Shown in pieces: positions 40,868 to 52,885 of a stretch of 64,000 nucleotides of DNA (positions within the stretch are counted from its first letter, which is position 1; each line of letters starts with the position of its first letter). This DNA is from Hydrolagus colliei (Eukaryota): assembly GCA_035084275.1 (NCBI GenBank), contig CM068746.1, forward strand, positions 37,324,001 through 37,388,000, in the 5' to 3' direction. The notes below the pieces were generated by a model that was not told where the DNA came from, did not search any database, and saw only the letters and a list, made by a program, of their open reading frames with translations. Made by a program: the position numbers and the translations under genes.

Positions 40868-41045
40868 TTAATAATCCTTGCATTTGATACAGTGCTTTTC
40901 ACGTCTTCCAGACGTCCCAAAGCGCTTCACAGAATATACTGTAAAGTGAATTGACTGTACAGAGGTGGGCGAAACGCGGCAGCCAATTGCGCACAGCAGC
41001 TTCCCACAGACGGTCGTGGATTGAAATGACCAATTTTATTATTGT
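40868..41045 (-). mobile_element. tRNA/Deu SINE 3' half
   Basis: Family consensus, inverted relative to 40250-40533. Confidence 0.85.
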
Positions 41046-41179
41046 CTGTTTCGGCAGCGGGGATGGGGGGGAAGTGACAGGTTCCCCAAGTGTCAGACAC
41101 ATCCCTCCTTCTCTCCCTGGCTCACCCACCCATCCACTCAAAAAAACGAAAAAAAAACGAGTTTGATTTACAGTATTTC

Positions 41180-42526
41180 ACCTTTTACTGTGGCAGTGAT
41201 GGGGGGTTGGGGGGGGGGGGGAGGAAACAGTGTAAGTTTATTGCACCCAGAATAACTACAAATCCCGAGGAACAACGCTTCTGTCTGCCAATCGGTGTTT
41301 GCAGCCAGTGGTTTGTGAGTGTGACTGTGTGGAGTGATGGACATACTCTATATACACACACACACACACAGAGAGATCTCAGCTCAGACTGTCCTGGACG
41401 CGAAGAGGTTAGACGTCCTTGGTGACTCTCTGCACTCACATCCAGCTAATGCTGGAGGCTTAGTTAGCCAGAGGAACATCCATCCCTCCATCCCTCCCTC
41501 CCTCCCTTTCAGCTGAAGCTGCTGAGCTATTCACAGCTACTGAGCTATGCGTCTCTCCTTCGCATAGAGATCCCTTCTTCTTAGGATAAGAAGGTTAAAA
41601 AAAAAGCCTGAAGAAGAAGCAACGTCGCAATCCGACATGTAATGACTCCCAGCTCAAAGAGGCTTTGATTCAACTGCGATGCAACAAGGGGCAGGAGGAG
41701 GAGGGAGAGAGAGAGAGAGAGAGAAAAGGGGGGGAGAGGTTGGGGGGATGGGGGGTGGGGGGGGGTGGGGAACCAAAGGATCATTAAAATCATTCAGCAA
41801 ATAAAGCAGGAATTAATATGATGTGCGATTCAGAACAACGTCAAGCGATCTGTGCCTTCCTAGAGGTTAGTGAATTGGCTGTTGGGTTTAATATTTAACG
41901 ATAGATCTGAGCTGGAGGTGGTGGTGGTGGGGAGGGTGGAGGGGGGAGAGAGACAGACTTACAATTATTATTATTAATATTAATATTATTGGAGGATGGG
42001 GGGGAGAAAGGCTGCAGAAATAAATTTTCTTTTGCTGTAGATTTTTTTTGGGGGGGAGGGGGAAAAAATATATATTTTTGCAGATTTTCTCTGGTTGCAA
42101 AATTCTTATTTTTAAGGCAGATTTTTTTGGCACAAATTATTATCATTTTATTTGAGCAGATTTTTTTTGGAGGGCTGTCTCTGCGCGCGTGTGTGTAATA
42201 AGTTAATTAATAAGAATCTTGCAAAATTATTATTATGGGGGGTGGGTTTGCTGGGTGAGAGGGATTTTTTTTATTAAAAAAAAGCCTTGGCAGAAATGAT
42301 TACAGTATATTTTCTGCAGTTTTTCTTTAGGTTGCAACATACTTAACAATTTTCGTGGTGTTTTTTGTTTCTGCAGGTTTTTTTGGAGGATTTGTTGGTC
42401 GTGCAGATTTATTTTCACAACCGTACCAACAACAACAACAACAAGAGCAACAGCAACTAATTGGGAGCGGATCGGCTGAAAACAAACACACACGCAACAT
42501 AGGGTCAGGTCAGCATCTCACCAGCT
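41180..42526 (+). promoter_or_regulatory. LHFPL3: LHFPL3 promoter / 5' UTR region (low complexity: G-runs, GA and CA repeats, T-rich tracts)
   Basis: Transposon-free stretch directly upstream of the ATG, with poly-G, (GA)n, (CA)n and (CAA)n. TSS cannot be determined from sequence. Confidence 0.5.
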
Positions 42527-42929
42527 ATGTTGCCAGCTCAAGAAGCTGCCAAAATCTACCACACCAACTATGTCAGGAACTCCAGAGCCATCGGCGTACT
42601 GTGGGCCATCTTCACCATTTGCTTTGCTATCGTCAACGTGGTGTGCTTCATCCAGCCGTACTGGATTGGCGATGGCGTGGACACTCCGCAGGCTGGCTAC
42701 TTTGGTCTCTTCCACTACTGTATCGGTAACGGGATATCCAGAGAGCTCAGCTGCCGAGGCAGCTTCACCGATTTCTCCACCATCCCCTCGGGCGCTTTCA
42801 AAGCCGCCTCCTTCTTCATCGCCCTCTCCATGACGCTCACCATGGGCTGCATCGCCTGCTTCGTCCTCTTCTTCTTCTGCAACACGGCCACCGTCTACAA
42901 GATCTGCGGCTGGATGCAACTCACATCAG
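42527..42929 (+). CDS. LHFPL3: LHFPL tetraspan subfamily member 3, first coding exon ([29 protein letters not shown]...CGWMQLTS)
   Basis: Near-identical to vertebrate LHFPL3 ([35 protein letters not shown]). Homology stops at CAG|GCAAGT (phase 1). Adjacency to ORC5 supports LHFPL3 over LHFPL4/5. Exon 2 not seen in the window. Confidence 0.95.
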
Positions 42930-43565
42930 GCAAGTTAACAGCAGCAACATCAGTGCAAAACACACACACTGACACACACACTGACACACGCATACTCACA
43001 CTGTTTGCTGTTTCTCCCTTTTAACCTCACCACCCTCCCTCCCATGTTTACATATATATATATCATATATGTATATACTGTATATATATTATATATGTAT
43101 AAAGTCATCACTTGCAAAGAGCTATCATCCCCTTTTTTTAAGATCAACTTTTAGTCTCTGCAGAGATTGGGATGAATGCAGAGGTGAAACGGCACGTTTG
43201 GTAGAGCATTTGTTTTGCCTTAAGTTGCTTGGGTGCAACTTACATCAGGCGAGCTAATAGCAGCATCAGCATCATCAGTGTAAAACACAGACACACAGAG
43301 AGATGCACATACACACACTCATACTGTTTGCTGTTTCTTCCTTTCAACCTCTCAATCCTCGAGCACCCTTCCTCCCATCCATCCCTCTCTCCTACACTTT
43401 AGTTTGGAGTCTTTCTTTTATACATACCTGTACATATATAATAAATATATATTTATAACAGGTCATCACTTGTAAAGAATGATCTCCTTTTTTTAATATA
43501 TACATTTCCGCAGAGAATGAATGACTGGATCCACTTTCTTGCCAAGGTGAAACTGCCTTTGGTTA
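42910..43565 (+). repeat. Tandem duplication (~320-bp unit) of the LHFPL3 exon1/intron1 junction
   Basis: ggatgcaactcacatcaggcaagttaacagcagc (from 42912) vs gggtgcaacttacatcaggcgagctaatagcagc (from 43231), then shared ctgtttgctgtttct, gtcatcacttg and aggtgaaac blocks. Confidence 0.85.
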
Positions 43566-46335
43566 AAAACAAAGCTGTTGTTTGACTTTCTGATCAAACT
43601 TTAATAAGGTGGACTGTGTTTGGTGTGAGGTAGTGCTTGGGGAGGTGGGAGTGGGGGTAGGGGGAAGGTGGGAGCGGAGGAGATAATGGAAAGGTGAGAG
43701 AGAGGCAAGTGGCTTCTATCAAGGATGTGTGATTTAAATGGAAGATCTTCAAATTGCTTCTGTTAATGGGGAAGGGAGGGATGTCAGAAATAATTCCGGT
43801 TTGATTTTGTTTCTCGGTTACATTGGTAAAGTAGTAAAGTTGTGTTGAATGCTCCATTCATTCCTCTTCAACGATTATGGAGCGTCATCAACAATCCTTC
43901 CAAAGGAAACTTCAATACAATAGTTTGTAACATTTCCTATTGGACACTCATTTGGATAATAGGTGCTGATTTACTTATGAGACATGTTTACTTTGTTCAA
44001 ATGGGTCCACCGTGATCAAAGTAAAGATACGGATAACTTAACTGAGTGGGGGAGAAACCTCATGGGTGATATGCTCTGAATGAGCTACTTAAGGCTTTTA
44101 CTTTTGTACAATCTGTAGTTCTGGCAGGGTTGTTAGCGTTTGTTTTGTGTATTTGTGCTCTGTACAATATAGAACTAAGTTGGCTATGAATTTTCTGCGT
44201 ACTGTACCAAGTTATTTTAGTAGCAGACTTCTAAACAAATTAACTTAATGTTGATAATGTAAGAATGAATTGGTTTAGAGTCTCAACCACTGCATTCAGC
44301 CATTTTAACTTTGCTCTGCCTTTTGTGCAGTACGATAGTGTCCTTGTGATGGATAAATATATTTGAAATAGCATAATTATCCTTGCCAACCCGTGATAGA
44401 ATTTCACATTGCTATAACCTTCTATTGAGCTACTTGGGCTTTTTTGAACATTAAAAAAGATTGACGACCTAATTTCCCCTTCCTAATATTTTATAGAAAT
44501 ATCTTGTATAATTTTCATTCTTTTCATTTCGTATATTGGGAACAAATAAATCTGAATCCTAGAGTTATGGTGGAGCGGTAAAGTATTAGTACACAAAGAC
44601 CTGCTGTATTATTAACACTATCTGCGGTGATAATCCTTATGAGTTGATTTGTGAATGAGAAGGGAATTGGTGTTTAGCTTTATGATTTATACAAGTGTCA
44701 CAGAATGTGATGGCTCAGAACATGAGCAGCTAAGCTGAATCATGCACATTATTACTATAGGGGAATAAGCTTCTAGTCTCATGTATTTCGCACACACCCA
44801 ATTCACGACGTGACAAGCCGCTGTATCAAATGCAAGGATTATTATTATTATTATTAATGTTGAGTATTAGCAAGTAAAGAAGCAGATCTGTTAACCTTTG
44901 CTTGGTTATTTGATTAATTCCACTCTGGAATTAATAATGGTAAAAAAAAAGCTTTTGTAAATAACGTTCAGAAGTTACTCCGATGAAATGTTGACTACTG
45001 CAGGCAATGCATGCACTGTAAATAATTCATTAAGAAATGACGAAAGCCCTCAGGTTGTGTGCTGATATACTTATTAATCTTACAAATGGATATGCTGTTC
45101 AGTGTGAATATAAAAGATATTGCCCTTTAGTTCATGCCATACTGCAAACTCAGCTGCTTTAATCTGGATCTTATTATCAACAGCTTCAGTCCTGGGCTGA
45201 AAAGCCACATTACAGAAGGAACATTTTGTTTTTGTGTCTCACACACACAAAATATACTACAGTCAATTCACATTTCAATACAGTATGTACAATTATCCCC
45301 ATTTGTCTGTGCTGTTATGATATATATATATGTAAAATAATCTGACTTTAATGAAATGATGTGGTTCTGTTCAACTTTCAGATTCTCCAGTTACTGTTTG
45401 GATAACTTTTATATTTTGGAAAAACTTAGCCCGCACGAAGGGGTCCGAAAAGGATTCTGTTTCACAAGATCAATGAGCATTAACTACCATTCTTTTCTAT
45501 GTCACTGTTGAATTAAGGACACTGCATAGTTGCTCGAAGCTAAACCAACATTGATCTTGTTGCGATATAACTGGGTGACACCATCTTCATGTGCGATATA
45601 ATACAGCACTAGCTTGAGGTGTAAGCAACGAAACATGGAACCAAGGCCTCTACTGTATATGGGCCTCTGCTGTTATACTGTCCAGCTTGATTGGTACACC
45701 TTACAGATTGCCTGCAGTGTGACCATCATGGAATTCTAAGCCGATTGATTTCTGGAGCTCGGTAAGATTGTTGTCAAATGCAGGTGACCTCATACCATTA
45801 GCGGCTTTCAACAAAAAGTTGTAGAGACTTGCCAAATGTGTGCTGGAAATCAGAGTGATGGATCCATCAGTGAAGGGATCTACCTAGTATTCATTTGGAG
45901 CAGGATAATGCAATGCAATATAGCTCTTTCACTAATGTCAGACAGTGCTGGAAGGTTTAACATTTCTGTTTGCAGCAAACCAAAATGATAGTCGAGTCGG
46001 AACAAATATGAATTGACCTGCTGTTAAATTCTAGCATTTTCTGGGTTTATATCCAATTAACCATTTCGTCTTCATCTTTTTTCATACCCATAATATCTTG
46101 CATTTTGAAGTGGTGCGTGATTTGTCTGTTTATGTAAACCTTAAACCTTTGTGCTAAACGTTAAACTAATTGGCACTCTCTCAATATTCCCAGCACAGAC
46201 ACGATGGACTCTAATTGTCTATGGTTAAATTTCTAAATCCTGAGAATAAACTATTTTTCAAACCACCCCCCTGATCCCAGTTTATGTCCAAATCCCTGAC
46301 TGACCAGCTCCTTGGGACGTCCTCCAGACACGAAA

Positions 46336-46475
46336 GCATTATATAATATTAATATTATATAAATATGTAAGATATTGATATTAATTAATATATGTATTAA
46401 TATATAATACATTAATATAAATAAAAAATATAAATAATAATATATAATATATGTATATTATAATATTATATAAAT
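46336..46475. repeat. AT-rich low-complexity expansion inside an L2 tail
   Basis: Almost pure A/T, between ttgggacgtcctcc and aaatgtaatttgttgttg. Confidence 0.8.
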
Positions 46476-47749
46476 GTAATTTGTTGTTGTTCAATGTTTC
46501 TTTATAGTATAGCCAATTCACTTTACAGTATATTCCGGGAAGTGTTTTGAGACATCTCAACGATGTGATAATAACGATGCTCTATATTAAATGCAAGTAT
46601 TATTATTATATTATTATTATCCAAGGATTCTTTTTTGAAAATGGCATGGTAGCAAAATGTTTTATTCTTTGTGTTGGTGATTAATGTGTCCAAGGAACTG
46701 CTAATGTGAATCAATAAGTTATCTCAGACTCTATCTGTGGCAAATTACCGTTAAAATATATCATTCTTTGATTATGATTAACATCGATCTGAGTATATTT
46801 TAACCAGGCTTCGAGGACTGAAGAAATAATTATTCCTGGTAACCTGGTAAGGTTAATAGCACTAAATACTATTTTGATAAATCATCTTTGCTTCTACAAA
46901 AATCCATAGTGAAATACATATTACATACTGTTACTCTTTTAATAACAGCATGCTTTTTGGTTGATGTTTAAAAATTCTGTGTTTAAATTCAGTGTTTAAA
47001 ATTCACAGCGTTAACTTATTTTTAACCGAATGTGATGCCACTTATATCATGTTGGTTCTTATTCCTGTTATAGATTTGTTTTAAATAGACAAATATATAA
47101 ATATCTTGAACGAGACAGAACAAGGAAACTCGCGAGGCCAGCTGGAGGAATGCAGACACTCTTGTGTTGTACAGTGTTACTTGCAAGAACAGGCAAAGCT
47201 GCCATTGCTTTCCCTTCAGATTTTCAGTATCTTTGCACCCCCGCCTCCCCCCCCCCCCACTATTTGGAACTCCATCCCACAGTCCCTTCGCCCTGCTCTC
47301 TCCCTTGCCATAAATGTACAGTATACGCTGTGGTATTTGAGATAGCGAAGAGAAAGTGGATCTCTTTTGTGTCAAGGTTGTGCCCCACTTGGAGTTTTAA
47401 TAGATGAAATATAAGAGCTGCTGTGACCCCATTGCTTGGCCAATTTGTCTACTATTTGCTTCCAAGCATTTGGAAGAGCTCAGGCAGAACAACCTTGGCT
47501 GGCTTGTGCAATGGGTGTAGATTACTCACAATGATGACATCTATTGGAAAAGTGCATCAAATAGAAAGGATATTAAAAATGATATACTTGTGGCCATTGT
47601 TGGTTCCTCTGTTAAGCACTTCCGCATGGAGATAAGGTGACTGTCTTTATCCAAGTCACTGCACCACTGCTGACTATTCTGACAAAATGGAGGCAACATT
47701 TTTATCCTGTGAGGGAGATATGCTTAAATGAGCTAACAGTCTATATAAA

Positions 47750-48076
47750 ATATTCAAATCTCTTCATACCCTGGCACCTCCCTACCTCTCTGATCTGCTT
47801 ACACCGCCAACCCACTATCCCTTGCCTCTGCACAACTAGCTCGACTCGCTTTGGCCTCCTGCTTATCCCTTGTGCCCTCCATTCCACCAACGATGGCTGC
47901 GCTTTCAGCCACCGTGCCCCAAAACTCTGGAGCACTCTTCCTCTATCCCTCAGACTTGCCCCCTCCTTCCCCATCTTCAATTCGTGCCTGAAGACGTTGG
48001 TCACTCCCCGCACCATTGCCAAACGCTGTTGGATGTTACCCTGTGTGAGGGGCACTTTATAAATGCAAGTTGTTGG
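47750..48076 (+). mobile_element. L2 LINE 3' end
   Basis: AFSHRAPKLWSTLPLSLR...LKT, tail ataaatgcaagttgttg. Confidence 0.75.
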
Positions 48077-50012
48077 TATCTATATTAAAACCTACTGGTT
48101 TATCACGGTTCTGTTTCAACAGAGATAACAAAAATGATCATTTATAGAATTTTCCAAATCATTCATTGATTTTTTAAACAAAAATTCCTGTGCACTAGTG
48201 TATTTTTTTTCCTTTAAATGATTTATAAAATCCTTAGAACATTTGTTCAATTGAGAAACGCTTTCTGTCATAGTCTCCTACAGAGATTGCCGAGAGCTTG
48301 CAGTTTTAAATACACATGGGACTTCTTAAGACAGCACTGCAGAAACAGAAGCAATGCTGTCAACCGAGCCTCGGATCTTTTCCTTATTTGTTTCATTAGC
48401 TGCTCTCTTCCCTATCTTGTGGCTGTGAAAAGACTATACAGCTCATTGAAGTTCAGCCCATACATTATTCTTGAAACTAGGTTATAAAAGACTAATTGTT
48501 CTTCTTTCTGGAAGTGTGTTAACCAGAGACTAAGGATGAATTATATACAATAAATCCCCCTCCCTCCATGAACAACATGCAGAAATGCATTCGGTCAATT
48601 CTAAATTCACTTTCACTACTTTCATAATTTTCTCCAACATCCATTCTTAAATTCATTAAATGATTCCACCAATGACCTGATGTGAATGTGTGTGACAGAG
48701 GTGAGTACTAGAACTGGCAGCTTAGTCCAGTTCTTGCATAACTCAACATAAGATCATAAGATTGATTTGGTTGAAGAAAGCATTTCACCCATATTTGATC
48801 TCATTCTTCCAGAATATCCTCGACCACCACCTCCTCCCATCACAGTATCAGTGCTTTTTAAATGAGTCCAACCTCTTGGCCTCAACCACCTAATTTAGTA
48901 ATTAACCTGTTCCAGTCGTTAATTACCCACTAGGTAAGTAAACAAGTCCTGAAGTTTTGCTTTGCAACTCTAAATCCATATCCTTTTGTTTTACTGTCGT
49001 GTAAAGTATTCTTGGGGATTACTTGTTGAATCCCAATTAAAATTTTATATACCTCTCTAATAATAATACTAATAATAATCCTTGCATTTGATATAGCGCT
49101 TTTCACGTCTTCTAGACGTCTCAAAGCGCTTCACAGAACATACTGTAAAGTCAATTGACTGTATATACGTGGGCGAAATGCGACAGCAGATTGTGCACAG
49201 CAGTCACACTGTTAAGCACTCTAGAATTCTACCCTGCATCAAGAGTGCTATACAAACACATGTTGTTGTTGTTGATTATTGCTAAACCAGTTGAGTTCAG
49301 ATCCCCAGACGTTATACTCAACCTATATTGTGCTCTGGTCAGTGAACACCTAGAATACTGCATATACAGGTCTTGACCCTGGCAACAAGGATGATTCCCA
49401 TCCTTGGAATGAGCAACGATTAGACAAGCTACGGCTCCTTAGTCTTGAAAGTAAATGTCTCAAGAGGAATCTTATAGTGGAGTCCTGTAGCTCAGTGGCA
49501 TACAGTCAATACACTTTGCAGTATATTCTGTGAAACACTTTGAGACATCTAGAAAACATGAAAAGTGCTACATCAAATGCAAGGATTATTATTATTATTA
49601 ATCCGCAGTAAAGAAACTCACATCTGTGCCGGGAGAAAAATGCACTTGTTTTTTTTACCACCTTATGTGTCTTTGCGCTTTTAGGATTGGAAACGATCAG
49701 CTACTATCGCAAACCCCTCCGCCATCCCCACACCTCTAGATATTTATTTATTTATTTATTTGGACTGAAACATAATCCCAGAGCCAAACACCAAAGTCGA
49801 AACATTGATTTATTACATGCTATTAATATAGTGGAAATAGATGCAAGGAAAAAGGTTGGAATGTAACATGTAGGTTCATTTATAACAACAATCCTTACAC
49901 CTTTCACATCGGGAGGACATCTCAAAATGCCTTTGGGATTTACTGTAACGTGTAGTGACTGTATTAGTAGGTGAATGTGGCAGTCAATTTGCGCATACAA
50001 ATGTCTTATTAT

Positions 50013-50321
50013 TGTGGAGTCCTGTAGCTCAGTGGTTGTAGCACGCCTTACAAGCATGAGACCTGTGTTCGAATCCAGGCAGATCAGGGCCAAATCTTGA
50101 GCAAGGTTCCTTACTCCACATGCCTAATAATAATCAGTCCAAAAAACCCAAAATAATTGGTCATTTCAATCCACGACTGTTTGAGGGACACTGCTGTGCG
50201 CAATTGGCTGCCGCGATTCACTCACAACACAGTCAATTCACTTCAGTATATTCTGGTAAGCTCTTTGAGTCACCGATAAGATGTGAAAAGCGCTATATCA
50301 AATGCAAGGATTATTATTATT
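50013..50321 (+). mobile_element. tRNA-derived Deu-type SINE, full length
   Basis: gtggagtcctgtagctcagtgg...gttcgaatcc...tgcaaggattattattatt. Confidence 0.85.
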
Positions 50322-52279
50322 GGTGGCCACGCTCTCAGCCACTATACTTTGGTGCACTGCCTCAATCCCTCCGTCTCGCTGTCTCCTTCTCCATTTTCAG
50401 ACAATGCCTGAAGACCTGCATCAAAATATACAGGCAATATATTGCGTGAAGCGCTCTGAGATGCCTTGAAGACGTGAATAGGCGCTGTGTCAAATATAGA
50501 GATTATTATTATTATTATCCTCTTTGATGTTCCCTCTGGTCACCTTCCCAGCTCTGTGTCAGGCTCTGCTAATGTTAAGGTCTCCGAGACGCTGTTTAAA
50601 TGCTGAGGCTGAGTTGTTGCTTTGTAAGCCACTCTGTGTGGACCACATCGATTTTGTTTGACTTTTGGAAAATAGTGCAGTTGTGATCGATGGCTCTGCC
50701 TCCACCACATTCCACTAGGAGGATGCCTTTGTGCTACTAAAGGATTCATTAAGGTGCACCGCAGACACATTCCTAATTTCCTGTTGTCTCCCAGGCTGTA
50801 GGATATTATAAATCCTGTAGAGATTTTTGCTCTAATTTTTGCATCCGCCACACATCCTGTTGCTACATAACCTTTTACAGAATCCGGCCCATAACTTACG
50901 TTAATGAAGTACATGCTAATGGAATAAGGACGCTGTTAGATTGCAGGAACCTATATTTAAGGTGTTTTTTTGACCAGTTTTAGTTGCCATCTTGAGCAAT
51001 TCTGAAACATGAAATCAGGCAGAAGTTGATTCTTGTTGCAATTTTCAGGAGTTTTCATCATTATTTCATTTCCATATCCCTCTGGGAGGATGAAGAAAAT
51101 AAAATCTGCCTTGAAAGCTCCAGAGATAAGTCACTGTTAAATTGTTTCTTTCTTTGTGTTTGTGTTTGATGTTAACTGTGTCACCCCTATCTCAGCTCCC
51201 AGCACCATCCCTACCTTGCCTCAGATTTGAACGTGTGAAATTACCAATAATAGTAATAATTCATGCAGGTGAGATGTCTCAAAGCGCTTCACAGTATCCT
51301 GGAAAGTGAACTGACTATATTTTGTGGGTGAAACGAGGCAGCCAATTGCACACAGCAGCATTCCACAAACATTCGTGGATTGCGTGACCAAATAATTTTT
51401 ATTATTTTTTATTTTGAAGTGACTATTAACACTGGAAAGCATTCTGCTAATTGACTAATCAACAGGGTTCCTGCTTACTCATAGGTAAACAGAGGCATGC
51501 GAAATAAGGAAAATTGCAAAAGATCTAGTCAAGTCTGTGTTTCTCCCTTTTTTAAAAAAAACTGCATTGCACCATGTTCCACCGTCTAATCTTTTAAAAG
51601 ATATAGCAGGTTTGCTACATCACAAAGACCACTTAAATAGGAGTACCTGCTCTGTTGTTCTCTGTTAACAGTGCAGCTCTGACCTCCTGGTAAGCACTCC
51701 TTCTGTTAATGTTTAATGAACCCATTAATAGGATTTCCCTGTTGCTCGAAATAGGAATAATAAATAATAAATCACTGGTTTGGGGATAACTGTGTTGCAC
51801 AATTGGCTGCCACATTTCGCCCACAAAATACATAGTCAATTCACTTTATAGCGTATTCTGTGACACACTTTGAGACATTTCAATGACGTGAGAAGGCGCT
51901 ATATCAAATGCAAGATATAGCGTAATAAGCATTATTATTACCACACAAAATGCAAGCTGTTATTTATTGTTTGTTGTTACATCAGCATTCAGATAGCTGA
52001 GGCAAGGAGATCGTTTTTATGTATATGAGTATACAATGAAGAAGTGACCATTAAGTGGAAAATAAAAAAGGATCGATTACTTAAGGTTTCTGGTCAGTGT
52101 GAAATTCCTATCAATTTGGCACTTAACTATAAATCCAAATGAGGTATTCTGGTCTTGTGCAAATAATTGTGCAGTTTGTTTTTGGTACTCTATCTTCACA
52201 AGGATATTGAGGGGCAGAGTTAAGAGGAAAGCTTCAGTTAAGAAGCGAAGTTTGCGGAGTTGAATTTGAATTTGTGTCT

Positions 52280-52885
52280 GCCGAGCTCAGTTGGTAGCAG
52301 GCTTGCCTCTGAGAAGGTTCAAGTTCCATGTTGGGACATTGAACACTTATAGCCTAGGCCAACTGGGAGAACGCAGGCTACATCTGGCCCTCAGGCCAAT
52401 TTCATCTGTCTCCCTCTCCTGACCCCCCATTCCCTCCCTCCATTTGACTTGACACACCCACTCCTTCCATAACCTGTAAATGTTATGTTATCTTTCTGGC
52501 AGGGAAACGCACAAATATTATTTAAGTGGCCAGCGTAACGTTTCTCAAAGAAGGGCATCTCATCAGCCAAATGGTAGGATCTCCCTGCTCTAGGCTAACA
52601 TTCCAGTTCAGTGCTATAGGACTGTTGAATTGTCAGAGATTCTTGGGATGAGATGCTAAACTGAGACCTGTTCATAAAGAGAAGGGAGTTTCTCCTGGCG
52701 TCCTGGCCACCAATTGCCTAGATAAAGTTGATCATTCCCTTTGCGACTGTTTTGGGGACATTGAGATGCAAATATTGGTTGCCACAGACACTTACAAAAA
52801 TACAGTCAGTGGAATTGACTGAAAGTTCCCTGGAGAGTTTTGAGATGTCCTCTTGATTGAAAGGTGCATTTTCAAGTGCCATTAT
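52280..52885 (+). mobile_element. Old DeuSINE (SacSINE1/AmnSINE1-like) interrupted by a ~250-bp insertion
   Basis: gctcagttggtagc...gcctctgag...ctaggctaacattccagt...gggagtttctcctggcgtcctggcca: recognisable Deu-domain motifs. Related fragments at 39350-39612(-), 54975-55086(+), 58385-58620(+). Confidence 0.6.

Noticed and set aside
41385-41405. Possible REST/RE1 site upstream of LHFPL3 (ctgtcctggacgcgaa)
   Set aside because: Too many mismatches and wrong spacing versus the RE1 consensus.
42355-42729. Poly-Q upstream overlapping ORF
   Set aside because: Non-ATG start, derived from a (CAA)n microsatellite and an alternate frame of LHFPL3.
42930-43024. C-terminal part of ORF 42527-43024
   Set aside because: Intron read-through past the GC donor; no LHFPL homology and it contains CA repeats.
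45430-45452. Possible further hammerhead (cacgaagggtccgaaa)
   Set aside because: No CUGANGA core and no stem I.
50013-50085. tRNA gene-like sequences (also 31697, 54010, 59277, 62345)
   Set aside because: These are SINE heads with A/B boxes that run directly into the SINE body; no complete cloverleaf or terminator.
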